From contig OZ024746.1 in NCBI GenBank assembly GCA_964016885.1, positions 47,182,001-47,246,000 of the forward strand: DNA of 64,000 bases, read 5' to 3'. Position numbers and translations under genes: made by a program. Of the stretch, positions 49,767-61,457 are shown piece after piece; within the stretch, counting starts at the first letter, position 1; the number at the start of each line of letters is the position of its first letter. The stretch comes from Eledone cirrhosa (taxonomy: Eukaryota). The notes beneath the pieces are model-generated. The model made no database searches. It had not been told where the DNA came from and was given only the letters and a program-made list of their open reading frames with translations.

Positions 49767-50180
49767 GTGAGAGAGTGATTGAGTAGGTATATGTGTGTGT
49801 GCATATGGATGTTTATTTGCGCACATGTATATGTATGTACCATTAAGTTCTCCACTGTGCTCAATTGTTATCTTTATATTATGTATAAGTACTTTTACTT
49901 TTACACTTAATTTGCTTTTACTGATTCTCCATGTATTTATAACAAAAAGCCATAACAACACATTACAATACACGTCACAAAAGATAATTAGATTTATAGG
50001 AACACTAGTTGATAATACAAATATCTTATATAAAAGTCTACACGAGCTTTAAAAAGAAATACCAGAAGCTATTATATATTGACAGTAAAGTACAACAAAA
50101 TTGAAAACCAGAGATGAATTTATCTAGTCAGTATCCAATTAAAATTGTAAACGATCAAATATTTAAAGTTTAATTATAAT

Positions 50181-50363
50181 AATTGTTTCTACTTTTGACA
50201 CAAGGCCAGGAATTATCCCAGTGCATTACGGGTACTTTATTTTATCGACCCCGTAAGAATGAAAGACAAAGTTAACCTCGGCGGGATTTGAACTCAGATC
50301 GTAAAGGGCCGTAAGTCTATGTTGCAAAGCATGGCGTCCGACCCTCTACCGATACTGCCAATC
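50181..50363 (-). mobile_element. SINE S1, near full length
   Basis: Reverse complement of the 6026-6210 family. Confidence 0.88.
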
Positions 50364-50364
50364 A

Positions 50365-50712
50365 AGCTATGATAGAAAGGAAAATAACACATCAGCCAGA
50401 CGAGATTTTTTCCGAACAGCTATGCCCTAAAGACTTCAGCGGTTAAAACGCACATACGTTGTATACAAGGTAGACTGTGACAAGTGTAACCACTACTACA
50501 TCGGTAGCACAATCCGGCCGCTACATATCCGGATCAAGGAGCACATCAACATAAGGGCCTCTTCTTTCCGGAAACACATAACCAAATGCGGAAACAAAGA
50601 CGGAAGGCCGATTGTCACAGTGCTAGCGACAGAACGCAACGTCGGCACGTTACGAATCAAGAAAGCACTTTGGATCAAACGCCTAGTACCAAAAACCAGT
50701 ACAGATAAATAG
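50365..50712 (+). pseudogene. Penelope-like GIY-YIG endonuclease C-terminal fragment (absent from the ORF track)
   Basis: From 50458: VVYKVDCDKCNHYYIGSTIRPLHIRIKEH..FRKHITKC..LRIKKALWIKRLVPK. Confidence 0.8.
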
Positions 50713-51432
50713 TACAATGGATTGACAGCTAACGCCATCCTACTCCCACTATTGTAGGAGTGGGATGGCGTTAGCTGTCAATCCATTGTACTGGTTTTTG
50801 GTACTAGCAGTGTAGTATAGTCGTATGGTAGTAGTCTGCCTGGTCGTTTGTTGGTCGGTGGAAGGTGGCGGTGCTACGCACACAATAACAATCGTTCGAA
50901 TGTCACTGTGTGAGTGTGTGCTTGTGTTATCTCAATTGTTTACACCAACCACCTATCTCGCTTCTCTCGGATCGGTTATTTATTTGTGACCGTAGGCGTT
51001 TGATCCAAAGTGTTTTTTATTAATCAAAAGGCCAGGTATAAAAGGAGAGAGAAAAAACTGATTCGACCTTTGCTTGACCGCATCTATTCCGCGCGCATGT
51101 GCGATCTGCAGAATACCTCAGTTAGTCACGAACAGCGAACAGCAGAGGACACGTATCGTTCCTCTCCGACAGATAACTCCTCCCCCCCCCCCCCGGAAAA
51201 CCCACCAGTTGTGGATGCGAATCCGAAATATAGGGACAATTAAATCTCTCCCAAAGTAACTCTATCTCGTGTTATTATTTTTATCTTTTACGCTCTTTCC
51301 TACGTTCCTCTACACACTATACATCTCATTCTATATTCCCTTACATCTTTCTCTTCACCACGGGATCCTGTTACCCGGAGACTTACCCATCTGCATTGTC
51401 GAGGCTTCCAAAACGACCAAAAGAAAATAAAT

Positions 51433-51467
<35 letters not shown>

Positions 51468-51584
51468 GTTACACTTTGGATTTTGGAAACTGCAATAAAC
51501 ATAATTTTTGTTATACCTAGGGAAAGATGCTACCACATTAATCTACCCTCAATGATATTGTATACAATGTCATATGATATATAT

Positions 51585-51895
51585 GGACCCCCTTCGGTCA
51601 CGAATGACCATGGGATTTGAACCTAGAAGATTCCCCTCCGAGGCACAAGTCCGGGCAAGGCTGTTTGTGGAAGACCAGCAGTTAACCATGCATACCAGCT
51701 TCCCCTCTCCACGCCACCGATGTTGTCCAAGGGATTCGGCACCAGTGACGTCGCAACTCATTTCTACAACTGAGAGGATTGGAGCAACGTGAAATAAAGT
51801 GTTCAGCCCAAGAACACAACGCAAAACCCGTTTCGAGAATCGAACTCACTACCTCACAATTTTAACCCCGGCGCTCTAACCACTAAGCCTTCACA
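51585..51895 (-). mobile_element. tRNA-derived SINE (S3)
   Basis: Minus strand GGCTTAGTGGTTAGAGCG A box, GAGTTCGATTC B box, central CACTTTATTTCACGTTGCTCCA domain. Confidence 0.8.
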
Positions 51896-51900
<5 letters not shown>

Positions 51901-51974
<74 letters not shown>

Positions 51975-51992
51975 TGTGTGTGTGTGTGTGTG
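51901..51992. repeat. (TG)n microsatellite
   Basis: Seen directly. Confidence 0.95.
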
Positions 51993-53155
51993 TCTACATC
52001 TGTGTGTAGGCCAACAACCACTAAACCGGCATCATAGTTGTGTGTTGGGTGTCGGATTTGGGATGTTGCCGGATCACAGAGTGGTTTAGTTACCATAAAC
52101 TTAACCACCCCATCTTATATTTAGAATACAAATCAGTACAAAATATTTAATAAAGGAAATAGAACCATTAAGTGAACTTTTAATGAAGCACATGTAAAAT
52201 AAATAGTAAAGGTAATGCCGTTGACTTACATAAAAAGTGCATTCCAAAATAAAGAGCTGGAATTTGAAAGTAAGCATATTAACATATCTTGCAGTAAGGG
52301 GTTGTCAGGATTGTCACGTTCTTGGGGTGAAGGGCTGCCGGTACAAAATCGGCTGTGTCAAACATGCTTAACCCGTATGCGGAACCTTGACTAGATAAAA
52401 CCATACATATCTACAAGGCTGGAGAAACTTAATGAACAGACAACGACTATCCATCAAGCGTACAATGCAGTCATTTTACTGGCATCGCTGACTCACTTGG
52501 TCACTCCTGTACTCGGATTTCGCTCTCAGATATGCTGGTTTAAACTAATCAAAGCTAATATTATCATCTTTTCTTATATGTCAATAGCTACTCCTGCTGA
52601 GATTAACCACGACTACATGTACTGCCTGTGGATAGGTGATGCTATTTATGCATTGTCGAAAACGACCGACACGTGCTACTCCATTCTATCGAGTTTGCTG
52701 TCTAGACTTTAAAGCTAGAGAGTAATGTTCAAATCTTGTTAATGCCTAAACATACTTATGAGTTAACAACTGTTATTTCAATATAAACTTTATTCGATAT
52801 TATAGGTTGTATTTTTATATTGCAATAAAGTTTAATATCATCAATGTGTAGTTAAGCCGGGTAACTTCGATTTATGTAGATTTCAATTTAACAAGTCACA
52901 TATATTTTATAACCAAGAGAAATGTCACCCTTTCAACGATTATTTATATCGTAGGTGTAGAAATAAACGCTGCAACGCCTTATTCCCCTTCCTTTAAATT
53001 GTATCAGTATTATCTTAAGTTATAAAGAAATCAATATTCTCTGGAAATGTCTAACTGTTGGATATATACAAGCATATACAAAATTTTCTTCAGTCTACAA
53101 AAAACTTTACAAACGTATACAAATGATTCATTATATGAATGAAATATAAACGCCT

Positions 53156-53227
53156 TGTTCTATGGTGTAATGATTAGCAATCTGAAAGATGTTTCCAGTG
53201 ATATCAGTTTAAATCTGCACAACAGAT
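53156..53227 (+). pseudogene. Decayed tRNA-Gln-like pseudogene
   Basis: TGTTCTATGGTGTAATGATTAGCAATCTG..TCCAGTGATATCAGTTTAAATCT aligns with metazoan tRNA-Gln (GGTTCCATGGTGTAATGGTTAGCACTCTG..TCCAGCGATCCGAGTTCAAATCT); anticodon loop and acceptor stem are broken. Confidence 0.6.
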
Positions 53228-53974
53228 CGATCACCGATATCATTTTTCAAACCAGCTGTTCTTACATGTGAAACAGTTTATCATATTAATTTAAAGATTA
53301 GTTTACATTATTTTTCATACAAACCAGATAATATTGAAATGATTAAAGTAATTACACTCCATTGACTTTATCGTAATAACTCTCATACCAAGTTTATGTC
53401 CTGCAACATATAGAAATAAACATCGTTTTAACACCATTCAAACTATTCTAGTACACAAACATACGAATATGCATACACCTACAATTCTAAGTAAGTATAT
53501 ATCTATGTATGTGCATTTGTGTGTATGTACGCTTGTATATATATATATATGTACGCTTGTATATATATGTATATATATATATATATAATTCTAACACATA
53601 TATATCCTAGAAACGATCGTTAAATAATGAACTTTTTTTGTTTAATATAAGGAATTGTTTATTCATTATTTGTTTAATATTTTATCTTGACTCTGTATAC
53701 CGTTTATCTTTCACCGAAAGTGATTTTTCATTACATCTCTTCTTTCCATGATATCCGGAATACATTGAGTTCTTCATACGGATTGGACACTACCGTAAAC
53801 TCTTGGTAGATTTATCTACATAATTTTGCTCCTATTTTCACGGAAATATTCGTATTTTTGTACTGTATGTGTGTATTAATTTTATATTTATGTATATACA
53901 TATATATATGTATGATTTTGTAAACCCATATACATTTAGTTGAGCTCTTTCAATTGTCCATCATCCATATCACA

Positions 53975-56398
53975 ATGGAAAAACAATATTTAGGAACCTC
54001 CTTAAAAAACATACCAATACCTTCTAAGGATGACTTCTTACTCCTTATGATTCAGAAAACTAATAATTTTATCAGAAGGGTTAGATGGAGAGCCTACCAC
54101 TTCGATAGAAAATCTAAACAAGCAGATCGGAAATATATGTATGATTTCAATACTTACAAGAATCCACCACACAACTTTTTACTTGAAGACTTCGAGAAAG
54201 ACCTTTTTAATTTAATTAAACACCTCAAATTTAAAAAGTATAAATCCGTCTTTCAAAAGGACCTTGATTCTACCCTATTGGACCTAAAAAAGTCTAAAAA
54301 AATCCATGTCCACTCGGACAAAACTGGTAACTTGTATCATATGGATATTGAACATTATAACGAGTTCATATATAAAGAACTCAGAAAAAATTATAAAAAA
54401 TCTAATAATGTGTCACTCACCAACATCAACAACAAAACACACAACATAGTAAAAAAACTAAACATTGAGGATAGAACTGAACCTTTGGCATTGAAAAGAC
54501 CGCACTTCAACCTGAAAGATCACAAATCTAACTTTAACTCAAATCCTTCTATTAGACTTATATGTCCCTCCAAATCAGATATTGGAATAATTAGCAAAAA
54601 AATTTTAGATAGAGTCATCCCACAAATAAGAAAACACGTTATTTTACCACTCTGGGAAAACACCTCCCAGGTAATTAACTGGTTTAAAAATATTAGGTGT
54701 AAATCTTCTGCTTCTTTCCTACAATTTGATATAGATAATTACTATTCTTCTATATCACCTATACTCCTGAACAAAGCATTGATATTTGCTAAAAATAGAT
54801 CTAACTTAACTTTGGATGACATTAATATTATTACACATGCTAGACTAACACTTATTGAATTTCAGAATGAATACTGGACCAGAAACACATATAGTAATCT
54901 TTTTGATATTACTATGGGTTCAAGCGATTCCGCCCAAATTACTGATCTTGTGGGCCTCTTTCTCCTTTTCAACATAAATGCCTCTTTTCCCCACCTCAAA
55001 GGTGGTTTATATCGTGATGACTGTCTTCTTCTTTCTAACAACCTTAGCCTTTCAGAAATTGAAAAAAACAAAAAACATATTAGAACTTTCCTTAAAGACT
55101 ATTATAATCTTAATATTACTTTTGAAAAAACAAGTAAAGTAGTAAATTTCCTAGATATAACTTTAGATTTAGCTACGGGTATCTACCAACCTTACCATAA
55201 ACCTAACCAAAACTTACATTACATACACTCACAATCTAATCACCCTAAATCTATCCTTAAAAACCTTGCATATAATATATCACTTAGAATTTCTAACCTT
55301 TCTTCTAACCAAGATGTATTTGATAAAAATGCGACCTTCTATAACGAAGCTCTAGATAGAAGTGGCCACAAAAATAGATTAGAGTATATACCTTCTACTA
55401 AAAATACTGAAAGCATACAACATAATATTACCAACAAACACCAAATGAAAAGTACACACCTAAATGCCACCCACACTATACCCCAAAATACCAAATCTTC
55501 TAATATAAAGTATAGTAACTCTCAAAAAACTACTCATCATACAACTCTAATAAATATTAATAATAAAACTCCTAATAAAAAGGATAAAACACCTAAATCT
55601 ACAAATATAACTAAAAATAGTTGTGGTGATATCATTAACATTAATCCTCCTAGTAAAAATCACGATACAACCTATAAAAATAATAAAAATAATAAACAAC
55701 ATAGAAACCGTAATAGACGGGTTACTTGGTATAATGCTCCTTTTAATTTACAAGTTAAGGATAATATTGCTAAAAAATTTTTTTATATCCTTGAGAAAAA
55801 CTTCCCGCCAAACCACAAATACCATCAAATCTTAAATAGGTCTAGAGTTAAATTCTCATACTCTACAACAAATAACATAAAACAAAATATAAGTGCATAT
55901 AATGCATATAAATGTAAGAAAACCATAAGTATACCACCAGTACATCAAATTAACCATAATATCTCCTCAAATACAGAATTAACGAAAGGATGTAACTGTA
56001 GAAACAAAGCAAACTGCCCATTAAAAGGGAATTGTCTTATTAACAACATAGTCTATAAATGTAATGTTAAAACTAAAGATTCTATTTGCTCATATATAGG
56101 AGCTACCTCTAACAATTTTAAGACAAGGTTTAATACCCACAAGCATAGTTTTAAAAATGCCGCACTGGCTAATACAACATCTCTAGCAGAAAAAATCAAT
56201 AGTTATAAAAATAAGAATATAGAATATGATTTGACCTGGAGTGTGCTCAAAAGAGCCACCCCTTATCAAAATAATAGAAATGAATGTAGATTATGTTCCC
56301 AAGAACTATTTGAAATAATGAAGTCTAAGGATATCTTATTAAATAAACGACAGGAATTAATTATATCGTGTAATCATAAACTAAAAAAAAACATTTAA
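53975..56398 (+). CDS. PLE RT + C-terminal GIY-YIG endonuclease (807 aa from first ATG), probably Hydra-clade-like
   Basis: SLKNIPIP..RVRWRA, SDKTGN, KDHK..RLICP, QFDI..YYSSI, TMGS, LYRDD, NFLDITLD, SNHP; CNCR..CPL.GNC..IVYKC..YIGAT..FKTR..H; CRLC..E..LNKRQE. Confidence 0.9.
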   Translation: MEKQYLGTSLKNIPIPSKDDFLLLMIQKTNNFIRRVRWRAYHFDRKSKQADRKYMYDFNTYKNPPHNFLLEDFEKDLFNLIKHLKFKKYKSVFQKDLDSTLLDLKKSKKIHVHSDKTGNLYHMDIEHYNEFIYKELRKNYKKSNNVSLTNINNKTHNIVKKLNIEDRTEPLALKRPHFNLKDHKSNFNSNPSIRLICPSKSDIGIISKKILDRVIPQIRKHVILPLWENTSQVINWFKNIRCKSSASFLQFDIDNYYSSISPILLNKALIFAKNRSNLTLDDINIITHARLTLIEFQNEYWTRNTYSNLFDITMGSSDSAQITDLVGLFLLFNINASFPHLKGGLYRDDCLLLSNNLSLSEIEKNKKHIRTFLKDYYNLNITFEKTSKVVNFLDITLDLATGIYQPYHKPNQNLHYIHSQSNHPKSILKNLAYNISLRISNLSSNQDVFDKNATFYNEALDRSGHKNRLEYIPSTKNTESIQHNITNKHQMKSTHLNATHTIPQNTKSSNIKYSNSQKTTHHTTLININNKTPNKKDKTPKSTNITKNSCGDIININPPSKNHDTTYKNNKNNKQHRNRNRRVTWYNAPFNLQVKDNIAKKFFYILEKNFPPNHKYHQILNRSRVKFSYSTTNNIKQNISAYNAYKCKKTISIPPVHQINHNISSNTELTKGCNCRNKANCPLKGNCLINNIVYKCNVKTKDSICSYIGATSNNFKTRFNTHKHSFKNAALANTTSLAEKINSYKNKNIEYDLTWSVLKRATPYQNNRNECRLCSQELFEIMKSKDILLNKRQELIISCNHKLKKNI

Positions 56399-57479
56399 AT
56401 ATTATAAACCTAATTAATAACATTATTTTAGAAATTAATTTAATTTAAATGTTAGTTAACCTATAAATTTAATTTAATTAAAATTTTATTACAGATGAGA
56501 ATATAAAATATTATGTAATCATAAATTGTGAAAAACCTTTAAATATTACTAATATATACTTAGTAATTTAATTTATAGATTAAGTTTAATTTATTTAAAC
56601 CTTTTATTATAATTCTTTTACAGATAAAATATAACAAAATAATATCGTGTATCCAATGACAGAGAAATAATTTTTAGTATTATAGACCTAATTAATATAC
56701 ATTTTAGAAATATATTTATAATTTGGTTTTAATTTTAATCAACCTAAAAATTTAATTTTAATTTGCTTAAAATTAGTATCCTTATACAGACGAATTGCAG
56801 AATGTTATGTAATCATAGAATGGGATGTGTTTTGGATATATACCTAGTTAATATATTCTATGCAATTTTTTGAAAAAGATATGTATATGTATATGTGTAT
56901 GTGTATGTGTGTGTGTATGTATATGTGTATATATGTATATATATATATGTGTGTATATATATGTATATATGTATGTGTATGTATATGTATATGTATGCGT
57001 ATTAATTTTGATTTCTATTTGCATATAATTATATTATGCTATTGATGAAATACAATATCTGCTTTATGTATTATATACCTAATTAACATATACTATAGAA
57101 ATAAATATATAATTTTTAATTTAGTTAACCTATAATTTATATTCTACTACCGATGTAATACTTTATTTTATTTGTTTTTTCCCTATTACTAAATTCATTT
57201 CCTAATATTGATACCATAACGTTATTAACTTTAATTTAGTTATACTATAATTAATACTCTACTACTATTTAACTTCAAAATTCTGCTTCAAATATTATAA
57301 ACCTAACTAATTTACACCTTAGAAATCAATATGTTAACTATCTTTGGTTTAGTTAACATATAATTAATGGTATACTTGTTTATTTTGAGATGCATAGATT
57401 TTGCCTTAGTTCTTGTTTGTTGTATTTCCTAACACTGAAACTATGTAAAAACATACATTGGATAAAGATACGGAAAATA

Positions 57480-58063
57480 TTCTATGTTTCTTGAAACATA
57501 TATTTACTTTGATCCCCTTCTCCAAACCCCCCCTTTCCCCCATACTATTATCATCTGTATTTGTAAGCGTGTATGTATGAATGTATATGTAGGTAGGTGT
57601 CTATATAGGTTTGGATATTTATATCTAAATATAAAAATACATATATGCGCATGCAAATATGAATGTAAGATTGTGTGTGTATATATGAGTGTGTGTATGT
57701 ATGTATATATGTGTATATATGCATGTATATATGTATGTGTATGTGAATGTGTGTATGTATATGTGTATGTATATATATATATGTGTATATGTATGTATAT
57801 ATGTATATATAGGAATATATATATATATATATATATGTATATGTATATGTGTGTGTATGTATGTGTGTGTATGTGTGTTGTATATATATGTATGTCTCTC
57901 TATTTATATGTCTATCTTCGTATCTATGTGATATATGTGTGTGTGTGTGCATGTATGCACATATATGTGTTTATGTGTATATATGTGTATATATGTGTAT
58001 GTGTGTATATATGTGTGTGTGCACACACATATATATGTGAGTGTGTATATGTGTCTGTGTATA

Positions 58064-58111
<48 letters not shown>

Positions 58112-58197
58112 TGTCTATGTGTGAATATATGTCTATATTCGTATGTGTGTATATATGTATGTATATGTTTATATGTATATATATATATATATGTATG

Positions 58198-58236
<39 letters not shown>

Positions 58237-58475
58237 TTTTATTATTATAATATAACTTATGTGTATGTGTGTATAAGTGAGGTTGTGTATGTGTATATAA
58301 TATGTGTATATATAAGTGTAAAAAAAATATATATATATATATGTGCATGTCTGTTTTTTATGTGTGTGTATATATATATATATATACGTGTGTATATATA
58401 TGTATATGTGGGTGTTTGTATGTGTATTTATGGTGGTATGAGTGTGTGGGTATCTATATATATATATGTATGAAT

Positions 58476-58531
<56 letters not shown>

Positions 58532-58894
58532 GTATGTATATATATATCTCTATTAATGCGTGTATATATGTATATACATATGCCTTTTTATTATTATTTT
58601 TATTTGTATGTCTGAGTTAGGTGAGGTTGTAGTGGTGTTTTTATGTATATACGCATATATGGATGCGTATGTATTTGTATATATGAGTATAAGTAAGTGC
58701 ATATGTATGTATGATTATATATCTAATTCTATGTATGAATATACATGTATATATATATGTGTGTATGTAAGTTGTGTGTGTATGTATGTATATGTCTATG
58801 TGTGTATATATATATGTATGTATATCGATGTACGTGTATGTATGTACATGTATGTCTATGTATGTGTGTATGTATGTGTATGTATATTTAGGTG

Positions 58895-58939
<45 letters not shown>

Positions 58940-59236
58940 ATATATATATGTATATATCTTTATTATTTATTTTTTATATATATATGTATGTGTGTATGTG
59001 TTCTGTGTGTGTGTGTGTGTATATATATCTTTATATATGTGTATGTGTATGTTCGTGTAGGTGTATGTGTGTGTATGACTTTATATGTATGTGTGTATGT
59101 GTGTATGTGTAAATATTTCTATGTGTGTGTACATGTATGTATGTGTGTATATCTGTATGTGTGTGTATGTGTATTTGTATGTGTATATATATGTATATAT
59201 ATATATGTGTTATATATATATATATGTATATGTATA

Positions 59237-59272
<36 letters not shown>

Positions 59273-59587
59273 TATGTTTTTCTATTTGTATATGTATGTG
59301 TGTATAGGTATACACCTTTCTCTTTGTATTTCTAAGTTGTGTGATAGTGTAGTGGTGTTTGTATGTATATACCGATATATAGATGCGTAAGTATTTGTCT
59401 GTATGTATATATGTAAGTCTGTATATATTTGTGTGTATATATAGCTATGTATGTGTATATCTGTATGTATATTAGTATGTAAGTGTTGTATATGTGCATG
59501 TATGTGTGTGGTTATATATATCTGTGTCTATATAGTATGTGTGATTATATGTATATGTGTGTGTATATGTACGTGTATATACACATA

Positions 59588-59642
<55 letters not shown>

Positions 59643-59710
59643 ATTTGTATCTATATAGTATGTGTGATTATATGTATATGTGTGTGTATATGTACGTGTA
59701 TATACACATA

Positions 59711-59760
<50 letters not shown>

Positions 59761-59952
59761 TATATGTGTATTTGTATGTATATGTGTATATGTATGTATG
59801 TGTGTATATGTATATGTTTATATATGTGTGTGTATGTATGTTCTTAGTGTGGATGTGTGTATATGTATGTATGTGTTTGTATATGTGTGTATATTTATGT
59901 ATGTGTGTGTGTGTGTCTATGTGTATATATATGTATATTATATATATATATA

Positions 59953-59991
<39 letters not shown>

Positions 59992-60012
59992 ATATATGTA
60001 TATATATATATA
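57480..60012. repeat. Complex degenerate (TA/TG/TATG)n tract inside the PLE 3' region
   Basis: Seen directly; includes internal duplications (59527 vs 59649; 58610 vs 59330). Confidence 0.95.
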
Positions 60013-60663
60013 TTTATTTTCTTGATATATTTCTTTTTTCTTTTTTCTTTTTTCTGTTTTTCTTTCTATTCTTTCCTCTTTAATGTTTATTTATTATATT
60101 TTATTTTTTTATTTTCTTAGTTTATAGATACATCTATATTAGGCAGTCTGCTCAGACCGTTGAATACTGACCTCTCCCCCCCCTCCCACCTAGTTTCTGT
60201 ATCTTGATCTAAAAATGTGTGTGCCAGTGTTTTATGTGAGTGAATTAATATCCATGTGCTTATGATTTTATATCCACATATATAAATGTGAGTGGGGTTG
60301 TGTGTGTGTTTATATGTTCGTGGTTATGTGTATATTTATGCATATACGCGCGTGTATGTGTGATTGTACGGATATGTGTGAGTATGAAAAAATATATTTA
60401 TATACTTAATTTCATAAGTGTCAATACGCATCTTATCTGTCCATTATAAACTTACAGAGACATTAACCTTGAAATTTTGTATTTGCATCCATCCTTTTAG
60501 TATGCGTATACAAATTATACATACATTTTTGTAAAATATGTGTAAGGGTTTTACATGTATATACACACACCGAACTGCATTTAACCCTTTGTGTTTTCAT
60601 TGGTCAATTTTGTTCCCAAACGGACCTGAAATTTTGAATTGTTGTTATTATCAATAAATATAC

Positions 60664-60818
60664 TTCATTATTTCTGAAGACGGCGTATATATGTGTTTGG
60701 TATGTATATTTAATCTTGATAATTTGTATAATTTTGTATAATTTTGTACATAGATCTGTTGAATATGCATACCAATTCTAACACATATATATCCTAGAAA
60801 CGATCGTTAAATAATGAA
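60664..60818 (+). ncRNA. Putative type I hammerhead ribozyme with long stem II
   Basis: Stem I TTCATTATTT/AAATAATGAA, CTGAAGA 60674-60680, GAAA 60797-60800, stem III C-GATC-G, GUU site; long complementary stem II. Confidence 0.7.
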
Positions 60819-61033
60819 CTTTTTTTGTTTAATATAAGGAATTGTTTATTCATTATTTGTTTAATATTTTATCTTGACTCTGTATACCGTTTATCTTTCA
60901 CCGAAAGTGATTTTTCATTACATCTCTTCTTTCCATGATATCCGGAATACATTGAGTTCTTCATACGGATTGGACACTACCGTAAACTCTTGGTAGATTT
61001 ATCTACATATATATATATATATATATATATATA

Positions 61034-61363
61034 GGAAAATAGTCAGGACCCCAACGGCTGAGCTCCAGCCGTTTCGAGTACTCTGCTGCTTCATGGTTCA
61101 CCTGGTATCTTACCACAATTTCTTTATTATAAATATATATATATATAAATATATAAATATATATATGAAAATAGTCGAGACCCCGACGGCAGAGCTCAAG
61201 CAGTTTCGACGGCTATTTCTGGACTCCAGAAATAGCCGTCGAAACAGATTGAGCTCTGGCATCGGGGTCTTAACTCTTTTCCTATTACCCACTCTACTAC
61301 CCAAAGTATCGAGTACTCTGGTGCGTTATGGTCCACCTAGTTCCTTACCACACTTCCTTCGTT
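61034..61363. mobile_element. Two related short fold-back elements in (TA)n (61034-61125, 61167-61363)
   Basis: Shared GAAAATAGTC..GACCCC start and GAGTACTCTG..CTTACCACA end; the second contains a ~50-bp-arm inverted repeat. Confidence 0.6.
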
Positions 61364-61424
61364 ATATATATATATATATACATATGTGTGTACGTATCTA
61401 TGTATATATGTGTGTGTATGTATC

Positions 61425-61455
<31 letters not shown>

Positions 61456-61457
<2 letters not shown>

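Larger units (their letters stand above)
53587..61009 (+). mobile_element. Penelope-like element, 7.4 kb, with direct pLTRs (53587-53822, 60774-61009), in (TA)n
   Basis: 236-bp terminal direct repeats identical by eye; intact RT+GIY-YIG ORF; (TA)n on both sides. Confidence 0.9.

Noticed and set aside
57484-60120. Many long C/V/Y/I/M-rich ORFs
   Set aside because: Artefacts of stop-poor dinucleotide repeats.
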